Assembly (NCBI GenBank): GCA_949155365.1
Contig: CASCUT010000001.1
Coordinates: 64,515-128,514, forward strand
Direction of reading: 5' to 3'
DNA length: 64,000 nucleotides
Origin: an uncultured Clostridia bacterium
GTDB taxonomy: Bacteria; Bacillota; Clostridia; TANB77; CAG-508
Of the stretch, positions 30,165 to 41,643 are shown one piece after another; positions within the stretch are counted from its first letter, which is position 1; every line of letters starts with the position of its first letter. Position numbers and translations under genes: made by a program. The notes beneath the pieces were generated by a model that saw only the letters and a program-made list of their open reading frames with translations, had not been told where the DNA came from and searched no databases.

Positions 30165-31139
30165 AGTGTCTGTTATATAATGTAACTTTAGACTGTTATC
30201 TAAGTTAAATGACGCAATAGATGTCCATGCCATTACAGAATCTGTAAATCCATATGCATATAAAACTGCTTCATATTTAATATACACATATTTCCCTTCT
30301 ATTTTATAATCTAACATCGATTTTGTATTTGTCATTTTGGAAGGAGTAGGTTTGTATTCCCATGTTGTAATAATATTGTCATTTTCATCGCATAAATGAA
30401 ATTTTACTACTGAAGCTCCTACACTTCCTCCTCCTAATGCAGAAAGTTTATGACTGAAATCAAGTGAAACTAGATATCCCTCTTCTTCTTTTGGTGTTTT
30501 TGCTAAATATATGTTATTGCTTCTGCCATTCACCCTTTTCGTAGCATAGCCAGAACCTGCTGGTGATTTAGCTTCTCCTGATAAAGTACTAGAAGAACTC
30601 CATTGTGTGTTATATATTGTGGCGACATTGCTATAAATCATTTTTATGACACTATCTTTTCCTTCTTCATAATAAGATTGTATATCTTTTCCAGTTCCTA
30701 TAATCTTTTCTCCTTTTACCCATGCTGTTTTCCCTTCTGCAATATTGTCTGCTGTTGCAGTTGCATCTTTTGTTACTTCTGCAACAATTCCTGTTATACT
30801 CTCTCCAAATATTTCTTTTTCTGCTGTATAGGCGGGTTTTATTCCACCTGCTTGTTCGATATAATCTGCAATTGCTTTCTTGAAATCATCTAGCTTTTGA
30901 ATTGCATCATAATAGGAATCTGCAAAACCTCCTTCATTTTCTCCTATTTGTGTATAGAGTTCATTCAATTTTGTTTGTTCTTCTATCTGAGTAAGTTCCA
31001 TATTTTCTTTTGCTTTCTTAGCAATTGAAACAATCCCATTTTCTCCTAAAGTAATATTGATGCTAACACCTGCTAAAATGATTAATATTATAATAGTTAC
31101 TGCTAATGAAACTAATGTTATTCCCTTCTCTTCTTTCAC
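30141..31139 (-). CDS. surface protein with pilin-like N-terminal module
   Basis: MKEEKGITLVSLAVTIIILIILAGVSINITLGENGIVSIAKKAKE shared with three neighbouring genes; no recognisable C-terminal domain. Confidence 0.5.
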   Translation of the reverse strand: MKEEKGITLVSLAVTIIILIILAGVSINITLGENGIVSIAKKAKENMELTQIEEQTKLNELYTQIGENEGGFADSYYDAIQKLDDFKKAIADYIEQAGGIKPAYTAEKEIFGESITGIVAEVTKDATATADNIAEGKTAWVKGEKIIGTGKDIQSYYEEGKDSVIKMIYSNVATIYNTQWSSSSTLSGEAKSPAGSGYATKRVNGRSNNIYLAKTPKEEEGYLVSLDFSHKLSALGGGSVGASVVKFHLCDENDNIITTWEYKPTPSKMTNTKSMLDYKIEGKYVYIKYEAVLYAYGFTDSVMAWTSIASFNLDNSLKLHYITDTRHGDGDF

Positions 31140-31295
31140 TTTCCTTTTATCTCCTGTTTTTTTGTTTCATTATATCTTTTAGGAAATTGCTATTGCAATA
31201 AATTGATAGTATTTCGTCGTCAACAATTTTACATAACAATTGCTGTATCATTGAAAGTCAAATTGATATTTTTTTACTTTGTCACATAAATCAAT

Positions 31296-31339
31296 AAGAG
31301 TAAACTCTCAGTTGCAATTGCCCCTGTAAGTTTACTCTT
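31296..31339 (-). terminator. terminator-like hairpin, paralogous to 29989-30034
   Basis: AAGAGTAAACT-loop containing CAGTTGCAAT-AGTTTACTCTT. Confidence 0.5.
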
Positions 31340-31383
31340 ACTATGGTATTATTTTTCTGCGTTTCTTTTTTTATTATGGTTAA

Positions 31384-31407
31384 GACAAAATCTCCGTCCC
31401 CATGTCT
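31384..31407. repeat. GGGAC-core element, subfamily D single copy
   Basis: GACAAAATCTCCGTCCCCATGTCT. Confidence 0.8.
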
Positions 31408-31516
31408 ATTCTCTCTTTTAAATTTTTAATATTCTATTTTATATCCTTCTAACGTTTCTTCTGTCTTTCCACAACCTAATGTATAATATGTCGAAGTTAT
31501 CACTCCTGGGCAGTTT

Positions 31517-31753
31517 CTATGTTGTGTATCCTTCACCTTCTATTGTTACTGGTCCTTTTGCAAGTTCTAGTTCTTCTAGTATTTGTGCTTTTTTTTGCTC
31601 TTCTTTTTGTTCTTTTGCTCTTTGAAATATTCCATTTTTTGATAGCAATAAATTTGTACTTACTCCTGCCAATATGATTATAATTATTATTGTTACCACT
31701 AATGCTATTAGTGTTATTCCTTTGTTTGTTTCATTTATTTCTATCTTTTTCAT
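31517..31753 (-). CDS. truncated paralogue carrying only the pilin-like N-terminal module
   Basis: 78 aa: ...NKGITLIALVVTIIIIIILAGVSTNLLLSKNGIFQRAKEQKE. Followed by about 375 nt of non-coding DNA that ends with the same hairpin-plus-repeat arrangement as the 3-prime flank of 30141-31139. Confidence 0.4.
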   Translation of the reverse strand: MKKIEINETNKGITLIALVVTIIIIIILAGVSTNLLLSKNGIFQRAKEQKEEQKKAQILEELELAKGPVTIEGEGYTT

Positions 31754-31886
31754 CTGTTTCTTCTCCTTACTATCTTTTTGTTTTATTATATATTTGCAAA
31801 CTTTTTTAAATCAATAAGATAGAGAAATTTTGGCAATTATTATTTTACATAATTTTAGTATTATCTATTCATTAACTGTCTCTATA

Positions 31887-33374
31887 CTATCTATTTTCTT
31901 TTATTCTATAACCATCTTTTATCTTTTCTAAAGTTATATTTGAATTAAGACAGACAACAGGTCGTACGCCAAACCCTCTTTCAGTATGTGGAAAACTAGC
32001 TGAAAGATTACTCGTTCCTAAATAGAACATACGACTTGTAGAACCTGCATTTGGAGATGAAATCCACATTCCAAAGCTTCTATTGTTTGGAATTGAATAT
32101 ATATTGTTACAATCTGCCTCAATTGTTCCTCCAGCTGTTGATTCTGCATAAGATGAAGCACTATTTAATTTTACTGCATATCCATTTGCATTAGTAACTT
32201 TATATTCAATATATCTATTTGGATGTGTATCTTTATAAGATGCACAGAACAATTCAATGGTTGGTGTTCCAATAGCATAATCTGCATAACTTCCTGCATA
32301 TACCTGCCATATATTTGTATCTAATAGATATGCTACTGCTTTCATTGAAGTAGCACTCTTTGATGGATTCTGTGTTAAATATTCATTCAACCATTTTTTT
32401 GCTTTACTATTTTCAGTTATCCATTTATTTCCTAAAAAATATGTCTCATCTGTATATATATCTTCAAAATATATTTGATGTGTGCCATATGAATTAGCTA
32501 CATTTCCATTTAGAGAATTTGGCATCTGACTTTCTTCTATATAATCATCTGCTATTAAATAAATATTATTTTCATCAGCATAATAAATTCTCCACACTGC
32601 TACTCCATTTGATGTACAGGTATAATTCGTAACAATTTCTCCATAGTATTTTGTTGGATTTTCTTTAATATCACTAGCTTCTAGTTCCACTTTCATATAA
32701 AACTTTTCTAATGGTACTCTTTGTACTTTTCTAACCTCTTCTTCTCCTATCTTTCCTGTTATAATGAATTCTACACTCTTTTCCGTTCCATCTGTTATAT
32801 ATTCTACTTTTCCCTCTGTTAGTGTTCCTTTATTTATTGCTTCGAGAGTTCCTTCCTCAAAAGTTACATCAAATGTTATTTTTAAAGGTGTTCCAAATTC
32901 TACTTCATTTTCTTTAGCTTCTATCTCTGTTTCATTCTCTTCGTTTACCACTATTATTTTAATGTTTTTAACAATTGGTCTTGGTCCCAATTGACTAATG
33001 TCTATAATTTCTAAATTTTCTTCTCTAATTGTTACAATATAACCATCTATTATAACACTATAGGTTCCATCTTCATTATTTTCTGTATTTTCCATTTTTC
33101 CGGCATTTTGTTGTTCTTGTAAATAATCAGCTAATGTTTTATTATTTTCATGTCTGTTTGGAGCATATTCTCCCATCATAAGGCTTACTTTTTCCCTTAC
33201 TTCCTCTTTCCCATATATTTTCTTTGCTACTTTTGCTTTTGTAACAATTCCGTTTTCTCCCAATAACAAATTAATACTAATTCCTGCCAGAATAATTAGC
33301 ACAATAATTGTGACTACTAGTGCTATTAAGGTAATTCCTCTTTCTTTTTTCATTTTTCTTTTGTTCCTCCTCAT
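31887..33374 (-). CDS. surface protein with pilin-like N-terminal module
   Basis: ...KKERGITLIALVVTIIVLIILAGISINLLLGENGIVTKAKVAKK; 495 aa; C-terminus ends ...GFGVRPVVCL. Confidence 0.5.
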   Translation of the reverse strand: MRRNKRKMKKERGITLIALVVTIIVLIILAGISINLLLGENGIVTKAKVAKKIYGKEEVREKVSLMMGEYAPNRHENNKTLADYLQEQQNAGKMENTENNEDGTYSVIIDGYIVTIREENLEIIDISQLGPRPIVKNIKIIVVNEENETEIEAKENEVEFGTPLKITFDVTFEEGTLEAINKGTLTEGKVEYITDGTEKSVEFIITGKIGEEEVRKVQRVPLEKFYMKVELEASDIKENPTKYYGEIVTNYTCTSNGVAVWRIYYADENNIYLIADDYIEESQMPNSLNGNVANSYGTHQIYFEDIYTDETYFLGNKWITENSKAKKWLNEYLTQNPSKSATSMKAVAYLLDTNIWQVYAGSYADYAIGTPTIELFCASYKDTHPNRYIEYKVTNANGYAVKLNSASSYAESTAGGTIEADCNNIYSIPNNRSFGMWISSPNAGSTSRMFYLGTSNLSASFPHTERGFGVRPVVCLNSNITLEKIKDGYRIKENR

Positions 33375-33514
33375 TTCTCTCTAATTTCATTGTACATAAT
33401 TTATTATGTACTGTCAACATATTTTTACATGATTTCTTATGTATTTATGCACATCACTTTTTATGTTTGTTATGATTTATTTATCTTAGTTTTAGTATGT
33501 TTAGGAGTAATGCT

Positions 33515-33742
33515 ATGAGATTTAAAAGGATTCGAGATTTAAGAGAAGATCATGATATGTTTCAAAAGGATATTGCAAAACTACTTGGTATTTCGCAACA
33601 ATATTATTCCGAATATGAAAAAGGGTATCGAACAATGCCAGTAGAGCATTTGATGAAACTCGCTAAGTTTTATCATACTTCTTTAGATTATTTAGTGGAA
33701 CTTACTGATGATGTAAAACCATACAGAAAAAAAATAAAATAA
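33515..33742 (+). CDS. XRE-family helix-turn-helix transcriptional regulator
   Basis: MRFKRIRDLREDHDMFQKDIAKLLGISQQYYSEYEKG (HTH_3). TAGGAG RBS 7 nt upstream of this ATG. Confidence 0.8.
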   Translation: MRFKRIRDLREDHDMFQKDIAKLLGISQQYYSEYEKGYRTMPVEHLMKLAKFYHTSLDYLVELTDDVKPYRKKIK

Positions 33743-33910
33743 GGAATGAATCTATTCATTTAAAATGAACTTATTCATTCCTTATTTTTATTTCTATCCG
33801 TTATAACATTCCTCTTTTACACAAACTTTAAATTTAAAAATTCATAAACTTTTCTTTTATCAAAAAAGAGTAAAATAATTTCTTATTCTACTCTCTTTTA
33901 TTTACTATTC

Positions 33911-35740
33911 TTATTTTCGAGTTACCGCTTGCACCTTGCTTTCTTTAAATATATCTTGTGTTGTAGCATTTGCTGTTGTCCATCCTGCTCCTACATAAAC
34001 AACTTCCAATCTTGGCATATAGCACAACATATTGTTCATATTTTGCACTTTGCTTGTATTAAAACTTGAAAGATCTAGACTTGTTAACATTACACAATTA
34101 TTAAACATATGGTCCATATTTTTTACTTGGCTTGTATTAAATTTCAGCACATTTAATGTATCTATTTTTTGACAATTGTCAAACATATAGTTCATGTATA
34201 CCACTTTGCTTGTATCAAAATTTGATACATCCAATGTATTTATTTTTTCGCAATGATTAAACATATATGCCGTATTGGTTACTTGGCTTGTATTAAATCC
34301 TGATACATCTAAGGATTTTAGATTAATGCATAAGCTAAACATAGCTTCCATATTTGTTACCTTACTTGTATTAAATCGTGATACATCTAGGTTTTCTAAA
34401 CTAGTACACTCTTCAAACATATATGCCATATTTGTTACTTGACTTGTGTCAAATTTTAATACATTTAAGTTTGTCAATTTTCTACAATTTTCAAACATAC
34501 TTAACATATTGGTTACATTACTTGTATTAAATGATGATAAATTTAAAGTAGTTAATTTTTCACAACCACTAAACATTCGTTGCATATTAGTCACATTTTT
34601 TGTATCAAATCCTGACAAATCTAATCGTTCTAGTTTTACGCACTCTACAAACATATATTCCATCGTTGCTACATTTCTTGTATCAAAACTAGATAAATCT
34701 AGTTGTATTAAATTATTACATTTTGCAAACATAGAATCCATACGTATTACTTTTCTTGTATCAAAATTAGATAGATTTATAGTAGTTAAGGCATCTGAAT
34801 ATTGAAACATATATGCCATTTGTTCTACATTAGTTGTGTTAAAATTAGATAAATCGAGTTCTGTTAGTGCCTTACAACCTTGAAACATACAATTCATATT
34901 GGTTACATTGCTAGTGTCAAAACTTCCTACATTGAGTTCTTTCAAGTTATAACAGTTCGCAAACATCGAATCCATGCTTTTTACATTTTTTGTATCAAAT
35001 CCTGATAAGTCAATACTTTCTAAGCTTGTACAATTAAAAAACATTTTTAACATACTTTCTACATTATCGGTTTTTAAGTTTTCTATTTTTTCTATTGTTT
35101 TGATTTCTGTTAATCCACAAAAATAGTAATCGGTAGAAGTTGGGGCTATTTCGTCTTCAATTACAATTCTTTCTATTTTTTCATCTTTCCATGGTATGGT
35201 GTTTATTGTTCCATTCCAATTTACTGTAAATTTCATTTCGTTTACTTTTTCATATAACTTATCTGGCTGGCTTGCCTCCGCTTTCTCTTTGCTATTATAG
35301 TAGCTTAACACTCCATCTTTTATTCCTACACATATATAGGTTGGTTCTACTATTTCTTCTTCCTCTTTCTCGTTCTCTAAAATTTCTGCTGTAATGGTAA
35401 AAATATATCCTTCTACAGTTGTCACTTTTGCACTTTCATTATCTGGTAATTTTTCGATATTTCCAACTGGTACAATTTTATCTTTGTAAATTTGCTCGAT
35501 TAGTCTATCTAGGGTTATATTTCCAAAATCAGTTCTAGCTACTGTTTTCTTAGCCACTTCAATTCTCTCTTCATAAATGGCTATTTCGTAATCTATTTTA
35601 TCTTGTTTTGCCTTTCGCAAAATTCCATTTTCTCCTACCGCGGTTTCAATTGATATGGTAGCTAGTATAATTAGAACAACAATTGTGATTATTAATGCAA
35701 TTAAAGTAATTCCATTCTTTTCTTTTAAATTTTTATTCAT
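33911..35740 (-). CDS. BspA/DUF285-type leucine-rich-repeat surface protein with pilin-like N-terminal module
   Basis: N-terminal NGITLIALIITIVVLIILATISIETAVGENGILRKAKQDK. About 15 tandem 25-aa repeats of the type L..LD.S.F.TS.V.NM..MF..C.. Confidence 0.75.
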   Translation of the reverse strand: MNKNLKEKNGITLIALIITIVVLIILATISIETAVGENGILRKAKQDKIDYEIAIYEERIEVAKKTVARTDFGNITLDRLIEQIYKDKIVPVGNIEKLPDNESAKVTTVEGYIFTITAEILENEKEEEEIVEPTYICVGIKDGVLSYYNSKEKAEASQPDKLYEKVNEMKFTVNWNGTINTIPWKDEKIERIVIEDEIAPTSTDYYFCGLTEIKTIEKIENLKTDNVESMLKMFFNCTSLESIDLSGFDTKNVKSMDSMFANCYNLKELNVGSFDTSNVTNMNCMFQGCKALTELDLSNFNTTNVEQMAYMFQYSDALTTINLSNFDTRKVIRMDSMFAKCNNLIQLDLSSFDTRNVATMEYMFVECVKLERLDLSGFDTKNVTNMQRMFSGCEKLTTLNLSSFNTSNVTNMLSMFENCRKLTNLNVLKFDTSQVTNMAYMFEECTSLENLDVSRFNTSKVTNMEAMFSLCINLKSLDVSGFNTSQVTNTAYMFNHCEKINTLDVSNFDTSKVVYMNYMFDNCQKIDTLNVLKFNTSQVKNMDHMFNNCVMLTSLDLSSFNTSKVQNMNNMLCYMPRLEVVYVGAGWTTANATTQDIFKESKVQAVTRK

Positions 35741-35859
35741 TTTCTTTTGTTCCTTCCCATTCTATTTAATTCTATTTTATAAAATTTGTGCTATGGTTGT
35801 CAATAATATAAAAAAAATACAAGCAAAAATTTTAAAATTCTGACTTGCATTTTTTAATT

Positions 35860-36885
35860 TTATTGAATAAACATAGCATCTCCAAAACTAAAGAAACGAT
35901 ACTTTTCTTCTACGGCATGTTCATATGCCTGCATAATATAGTCTTTTCCTGCTAATGCCGATACTAACATAATTAAAGTAGATTCTGGCAAATGGAAATT
36001 GGTGATTAAACTATTGATACACTTAAATTTATAACCTGGATATATAAAAATATTGGTATCTCCTTCTTGTTGCTTTACCATACCGTTTTCATCTGCAACC
36101 GATTCTAACACTCTACAAGAAGTGGTTCCTATTGCAATAATTCTTCCTCCATTTTGCTTTGCCTTATTTATTTTAACAGCATCTTCTTCTTTGATATAAT
36201 AGTGTTCTGTGTGCATATCATGCTCTTCTATATTTTCTACCTTTACTGGCCTAAAAGTTCCAATTCCTACATGTAAGGTTACATTGGCAATTTCTACTCC
36301 TTTTTCTTTTAGTTTTTGTAGTAGTTCTTCTGTAAAATGAAGCCCTGCTGTTGGTGCTGCTGCTGAACCTTCATGTTTTGCATAAACGGTTTGGTATCTA
36401 TCTTTTTGCTTCAATGTTTCATGAATGTATGGTGGTAGAGGCATAAGTCCAATTTGTTCTAAAATTTCATTAAAAATCCCTTTATATTCAAATTTTACTT
36501 TTCTATTTCCACCTTCCATTACTTCTAAGATTTCTGCTTTTAGTAGTCCATCTCCAAAGGTTACTCTAGTTCCTACTTTTAACCTTCTTCCTGGATGTAC
36601 CATGGTTTCCCAAATATCTCCTTCCATTCTTTTTAATAGTAAAAATTCAATATTCGCCCCTGTTTCTTCTTTTATTCCATATAATCTTGCTGGAATTACT
36701 TTTGTATTATTTCTTACTAGGCAATCCCCTGGTTTTAAATAGTCTATTATATCTTGAAATATTTTATCTTCTATTGTTTTTTTCTCTTTATCTAATACCA
36801 TCAAACGAGATTGGTCACGTTTTTGTATTGGTACTTGAGCAATTAGTTCTTCTGGTAAATCATAATTAAAATCTGCTACTTTCAT
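35860..36885 (-). CDS. queA: S-adenosylmethionine:tRNA ribosyltransferase-isomerase
   Basis: [18 protein letters not shown]...RD.SRLMV...; [10 protein letters not shown]; 341 aa. Confidence 0.95.
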   Translation of the reverse strand: MKVADFNYDLPEELIAQVPIQKRDQSRLMVLDKEKKTIEDKIFQDIIDYLKPGDCLVRNNTKVIPARLYGIKEETGANIEFLLLKRMEGDIWETMVHPGRRLKVGTRVTFGDGLLKAEILEVMEGGNRKVKFEYKGIFNEILEQIGLMPLPPYIHETLKQKDRYQTVYAKHEGSAAAPTAGLHFTEELLQKLKEKGVEIANVTLHVGIGTFRPVKVENIEEHDMHTEHYYIKEEDAVKINKAKQNGGRIIAIGTTSCRVLESVADENGMVKQQEGDTNIFIYPGYKFKCINSLITNFHLPESTLIMLVSALAGKDYIMQAYEHAVEEKYRFFSFGDAMFIQ

Positions 36886-36898
36886 GTTTCCCTTCTTT

Positions 36899-38263
36899 CT
36901 ATTCTTCTACTATAATCTGTTGTGCTACCATAAATAATTTTCTTATTTTATTCCATATATTATTTAATTCTTCTAAAATATTTTCTGGCTCTTTAAAAGC
37001 CTGTAGTTCTCTTGAATAGGCAAAATTTGCTTCTTTTGCTGGTTTCTTAGTATAAATTAAAGATGGTAATCCAATGTTTCCTTTATTGGTTTTAATCGTT
37101 TGGTTTATATAGTCTTGATACCATTCTTTTAAGCCAAGTAATGGTTTATTCTCATAACCATACTCTTCATTACTATGAAGTTCTGGTCTTTGCTCTCCAT
37201 ATTCTTCTGCATTTCTTTCTAAAGTATGTAAAAACTCATGTATTAATACTTCTTCTGGAAAAATATTAATTCTTGTATCATATTTGTAAATATAATTACT
37301 ATCATCATCTGGAAGCCTAATATTAGAAAAACCAATTCCTCGATACTCCATAGACCCAAGCCCTATCCAATCATTTACTGGAATGGCATTTCTTTGGTTA
37401 ATATCTCCTGTTCGAAAAGCAATAAAGATGTGGTCATATTTTCCCTGTGCAAGATAAGAATCCATTACCTCTTTTACATTATAACCAGACACATAGTAAC
37501 CATTTTCTTCATCATATGACAATGTCGTAATTGGGGTAGTTGTTTCTGCAATATCATATTTTACTTTCATCTTTCCCTTACTCATTTCTTCCATCGAAGT
37601 TTTAAAACGTCTCATGCAAATCGAAATATCATCTTTATCTGTTTGTGTTAATCTTAATTTAATATTCTGATTAGTTCCCTCTTTTTCAATATTAACATCC
37701 ACATAATCAAATAATAGGCACAAAAAATTCCATTGATTACTCTCATCTGGCATTCCAGACTCCATTTTAAAATCAGAAAACCATGCAGTTCCCATACATT
37801 CATCTTCATAGCCACCCAGACGAAAACCAATATTCACTTGTGTCCTATTTTTAGAATTAAAATAAAAAGTTACGGTAGTCCAATCCGTTGTTCCTGTTAC
37901 ATTATCAGACTTTTCCAAGCTTTCTGCAATACAAATATGAGCCCCACTATCCGTATTTTCATTTTTACTTCGTACCTCATTCGTTTTTATTTTACAAGTT
38001 ACTTTATAAGGAGTATTCGGAATTACTGGTACCGTTTCATAAAACATTGCATCATGATACGATGGATTTTCTATTTTATAACTATTGCTATTCGTACATT
38101 TTTGAAGTTTATCTCTCTCAAACTTTGAAATTCCCAAAGTATTCTCAGCTTTTACAAATTCATTAAAATTATATTTTTGATACACATAATATACCACTAT
38201 TACAATTGCCACCATCAAAATCAACGATATCACATTTTTAACAATTTTACCTTTGTCTTTCAT
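36899..38263 (-). CDS. membrane-anchored protein with CBM4_9-like beta-sandwich and HExxH metallopeptidase-like motif
   Basis: Start set at [11 protein letters not shown] (GGAGGAAG RBS). TM anchor. [12 protein letters not shown]...[11 protein letters not shown] resembles carbohydrate-binding-module ends. IHEFLHTLE is a HExxH motif. The longer ORF start lies in a repeat. Confidence 0.5.
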   Translation of the reverse strand: MKDKGKIVKNVISLILMVAIVIVVYYVYQKYNFNEFVKAENTLGISKFERDKLQKCTNSNSYKIENPSYHDAMFYETVPVIPNTPYKVTCKIKTNEVRSKNENTDSGAHICIAESLEKSDNVTGTTDWTTVTFYFNSKNRTQVNIGFRLGGYEDECMGTAWFSDFKMESGMPDESNQWNFLCLLFDYVDVNIEKEGTNQNIKLRLTQTDKDDISICMRRFKTSMEEMSKGKMKVKYDIAETTTPITTLSYDEENGYYVSGYNVKEVMDSYLAQGKYDHIFIAFRTGDINQRNAIPVNDWIGLGSMEYRGIGFSNIRLPDDDSNYIYKYDTRINIFPEEVLIHEFLHTLERNAEEYGEQRPELHSNEEYGYENKPLLGLKEWYQDYINQTIKTNKGNIGLPSLIYTKKPAKEANFAYSRELQAFKEPENILEELNNIWNKIRKLFMVAQQIIVEE

Positions 38264-38293
38264 GTACTTCCTCCCTATTTCAAAGATATATAG

Positions 38294-38444
38294 AGACATG
38301 GGGACGGAGATTTTGTCTATAGGCTTTCCAGCTTTTTCCGTTTCGTTCCTTCTATTCAAAACGCTCTAAGCCTATAGACAAAATCTCCGTCCCCATGTCT
38401 TTAAACGCTCTAGGCCTATAGACAAAATCTCCGTCCCTATGTCT
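38294..38444. repeat. GGGAC-core element, subfamily D: perfect 31-bp inverted repeat plus a third direct copy
   Basis: AGACATGGGGACGGAGATTTTGTCTATAGGC (38294-38324). Exact reverse complement at 38370-38400 (45-nt spacer). Direct copy with one mismatch at 38414-38444. Confidence 0.9.
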
Positions 38445-38455
38445 TTACTATGTTT

Positions 38456-41400
38456 TTATAGTTTTTCTACAAATATTTGTAATTTTTCTCCATTGATGGT
38501 TGTTTCTGTGTAATTTGCTTTTTCTTCGTGATAGAAGATATTGTTTGCTAATGTATCTTTTTGTATTTGCTGTGCAAATTTCTTGATGACATTTTCTAGT
38601 TTTTCGTTTCCAGTTACATATAGGTTAATTCTATCTAGTACTTCAAATCCACTATCTTTTCTCATGTTTTGAACTTTTGATAAAATTTCTCTTACGTAAC
38701 CTTCTTCTTTTAGTTCTTCGGTTATGGTGGTGTCTAATACTACTCCTAATTCTCCTTCTCCACTAAAGGCAAATCCTTCTTTTCCTTGCATTGTAATTAG
38801 TAGATTTTCGTTGTTTAGTTCAATGGTTTCTTCTCCTATTGTAATTTCTTCTACTTCTCCTTTTTGAATTTTTAGTGCTAATTCCATTTGGTTATGGTTT
38901 GCTATTTCTTGTTTGATTTGTGGAATTAGTTTTCCATATGCTTTTCCTAGTACTGGTAGGTTTGGTTTGATTTCAAAGTTTACATACTCTGACATTTGTG
39001 CTCCTAATTGTACTTTTTTGATGTTTAATTCCTCTTTTACTATATCACCATAGTATTCTGGAAGGGCACTTGCAGAGATTAGCATTTCAGATAGTGGCTG
39101 TCTATTTTTTATATTGGCTGCATTTCTTGCACTTCTTCCTAGTTTTACGATGGTATAGGCTAATCCCATTTCTTCTTCTAATTTTGTGTCAATTGCACTT
39201 TCCTTTATTTCTGGCCATGTACATAAGTGAACACTTTCTGGTGCATTTTTATCTAATCCTACTACTAGATTTTGATAAATTTCTTCTGTCATAAATGGAA
39301 CAAAAGGTCCTGCTACTTTAACTAAGGTTGTTAATACTTGATACAATGTGACATAAGCTCCTATTTTATCATCAGTTAGTGTATCTAACCAGAATCTTTC
39401 TCTGTTTCTTCTTACATACCAGTTTGATAGTTCATCTGTAAAGTCTTCGATTTCAAAGGCCGCTGATGTGATATCATATTTTTCTAATTTTTCATCTACT
39501 TTTTTTACTAAGGTATTTAGTTTTGAAATAATCCATTTGTCCATGATATTTTCAGACTTAAAGTCTGCATAAGCTAATGGGTTAAATTGATCAATCTCCG
39601 CATATAGTACATAGAATGAGTACACATTCCATAAAGTTGATAAGAATTTTCTTTGTGTTTCTTCTACATCTTTGGTAGAAAATCTTGTTGGAAGCCATGG
39701 TGCGGATGCAGTATAGAAATGCCAACGTGTAGCATCTGCTCCTACAGAACCTAGTACTTCAAATGGGTCTACTACATTTCCTAAATGTTTTGACATTTTT
39801 AATCCTTTGCTATCTAATACGTGTCCTAATACAATACAATTTTCAAATGGATTGGTATCAAAAATACAAGTAGAAATCGCAAGTAGTGTATAGAACCATC
39901 CTCTTGTTTGGTCTACTGCTTCTGAAATAAATTGTGCTGGGAAGTTCTTCTCAAATAGTTCTTTATTTTCAAATGGATAATGTAATTGAGCAAATGGCAT
40001 AGAACCAGAGTCAAACCAACAGTCAATTACTTCTTTTTCTCTTATCATATTCTTTCCACATTCTGGACAAGTAATATGAATTGGGTCTAAATATGGTTTA
40101 TGCAATTCTACATTTTCTGGCACATTTTGTCCCTTTTCTTTTAACTCTTCTCTACTACCAATACATTCCATATGACCACAGTCATGACATCTCCAAATAG
40201 GAAGTGGTGTTCCCCAATAACGATCTCTTGAAATACCCCAATCAATAACATTTTCTAAGAATTTTCCAAAACGTCCTGTACGAATAGTATCTGGCATCCA
40301 GTTAATTTTGTTGTTATTTTCAAGTAGCTTGTCACGAACTGCTGTCATTTTTACAAACCAACTTTCTTTTGGATAATATAGAAGTGGTGTATCACATCTC
40401 CAACAATGTGGATAGCTATGTGTATGTTTTGCAGAACTGAATAATTTGTTTTCATGAGCAAGCCAGATACAAATATCTTTATCACATTTTTTAACAAACT
40501 TACCTGCCCATGGTTCTACTTCGTCTACAAATTTGCCTTCTTTATCTACTAAGTTTACAAAAGCAATTCCATTTTGTTTTGATACAAAACTATCATCTTC
40601 ACCATAAGCTGGTGCAATATGAACAATACCAGTACCATCTGTTAATGTTACATAGTCTCCATGAATTACAACAAAAGCTTTTCCTTCTACTTTAGCAAAT
40701 GGCATAAGTTGTTCATATTTCATTCCTAACAATTCAGAACCTTTTACTTCTTTTATTACTTCATAAGGAATGTCTTTTAATACTACCTCTATTAAATCCT
40801 TTGCTAAAATATAAATTTCTTCCTTGCCTTCTTCTTGCATTTTACCATCAATAATTGGTTTTTCTACTTTTACATAGCTATAGGTATACGCTTTATTTAC
40901 GCAAAGAGCTAAGTTAGAAGGTAATGTCCATGGTGTGGTCGTCCAAGCTAAGAAATATACATTTTCTTCCCCTTCTACTTTAAACTTACAAGTACAAGTT
41001 AAATCTTGTACATCCTTATACCCTTGTGCTACTTCATGAGAAGATAGTGCGGTTCCACATCTTGGGCAATATGGCATAACTTTATGGCCTTGGTATAATA
41101 ACCCCTTATCCCACATTTGTTTCAAAGCCCACCATTCCGATTCAATATAATCATCATGATAAGTAACGTAAGGATCTTCCATATCAACCCAATATCCAAT
41201 TTGGTCTGTCATTTTTTCCCACATAGAAACATAGGTGAATACACTCTCTTTACATTCTTTAATAAACTCTTCTTCTCCATATTCCTCAATTTGTTGTTTT
41301 CCAGAAATACCAAGTTTCTTTTCTACTTCCAATTCTACTGGAAGACCATGTGTATCCCAACCCGCTTTACGAATAACATCATAGCCTTTCATTACTTTAT

Positions 41401-41614
41401 ACCTAGGAATAATATCTTTCATAACTCTAGTTAAAATGTGACCAACATGAGGCTTTCCATTTGCTGTTGGAGGTCCATCATAAAAAGTAAAATATCGTTT
41501 TCCTTTATTTACCTCAAAATTTTTCTTAATAATGTCCTTTTCTTTCCATAACTCACTTACTTCATGTTCCATTCCCACGAAGCCATTTTCCTTAAGTTCC
41601 ACCTTCTTGTACAT
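38456..41614 (-). CDS. ileS: isoleucine--tRNA ligase (type 2)
   Basis: [12 protein letters not shown] (HIGH), KMSKHLGN (KMSKS), zinc-binding CxxC pairs. Start set at [11 protein letters not shown] after AGGAGG. Confidence 0.95.
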   Translation of the reverse strand: MYKKVELKENGFVGMEHEVSELWKEKDIIKKNFEVNKGKRYFTFYDGPPTANGKPHVGHILTRVMKDIIPRYKVMKGYDVIRKAGWDTHGLPVELEVEKKLGISGKQQIEEYGEEEFIKECKESVFTYVSMWEKMTDQIGYWVDMEDPYVTYHDDYIESEWWALKQMWDKGLLYQGHKVMPYCPRCGTALSSHEVAQGYKDVQDLTCTCKFKVEGEENVYFLAWTTTPWTLPSNLALCVNKAYTYSYVKVEKPIIDGKMQEEGKEEIYILAKDLIEVVLKDIPYEVIKEVKGSELLGMKYEQLMPFAKVEGKAFVVIHGDYVTLTDGTGIVHIAPAYGEDDSFVSKQNGIAFVNLVDKEGKFVDEVEPWAGKFVKKCDKDICIWLAHENKLFSSAKHTHSYPHCWRCDTPLLYYPKESWFVKMTAVRDKLLENNNKINWMPDTIRTGRFGKFLENVIDWGISRDRYWGTPLPIWRCHDCGHMECIGSREELKEKGQNVPENVELHKPYLDPIHITCPECGKNMIREKEVIDCWFDSGSMPFAQLHYPFENKELFEKNFPAQFISEAVDQTRGWFYTLLAISTCIFDTNPFENCIVLGHVLDSKGLKMSKHLGNVVDPFEVLGSVGADATRWHFYTASAPWLPTRFSTKDVEETQRKFLSTLWNVYSFYVLYAEIDQFNPLAYADFKSENIMDKWIISKLNTLVKKVDEKLEKYDITSAAFEIEDFTDELSNWYVRRNRERFWLDTLTDDKIGAYVTLYQVLTTLVKVAGPFVPFMTEEIYQNLVVGLDKNAPESVHLCTWPEIKESAIDTKLEEEMGLAYTIVKLGRSARNAANIKNRQPLSEMLISASALPEYYGDIVKEELNIKKVQLGAQMSEYVNFEIKPNLPVLGKAYGKLIPQIKQEIANHNQMELALKIQKGEVEEITIGEETIELNNENLLITMQGKEGFAFSGEGELGVVLDTTITEELKEEGYVREILSKVQNMRKDSGFEVLDRINLYVTGNEKLENVIKKFAQQIQKDTLANNIFYHEEKANYTETTINGEKLQIFVEKL

Positions 41615-41643
41615 CTTTCTTCCTCCTTTTATTCTTTGGGTAT

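Noticed and set aside
31410-31530. A sixth frameshift: after the TAG of the 78-aa pilin-like stub, a +1 frame stays open for about 37 codons (KVKDTQHRNCPGVITSTYYTLGCGKTEETLEGYKIEY)
   Set aside because: There is no CGG at the junction and no conserved domain to validate the join. The downstream frame is short. More likely this is a decayed remnant of a truncated paralogue.
38359-38446. Possible CRISPR array (direct repeats with GC-rich cores at 38359-38446 and 30076-30164)
   Set aside because: There are only 2-4 copies. The repeats abut each other with no unique spacers of CRISPR length. No cas genes or leader are present. The same sequences occur as inverted pairs elsewhere. They behave as REP/MITE-like repeats.
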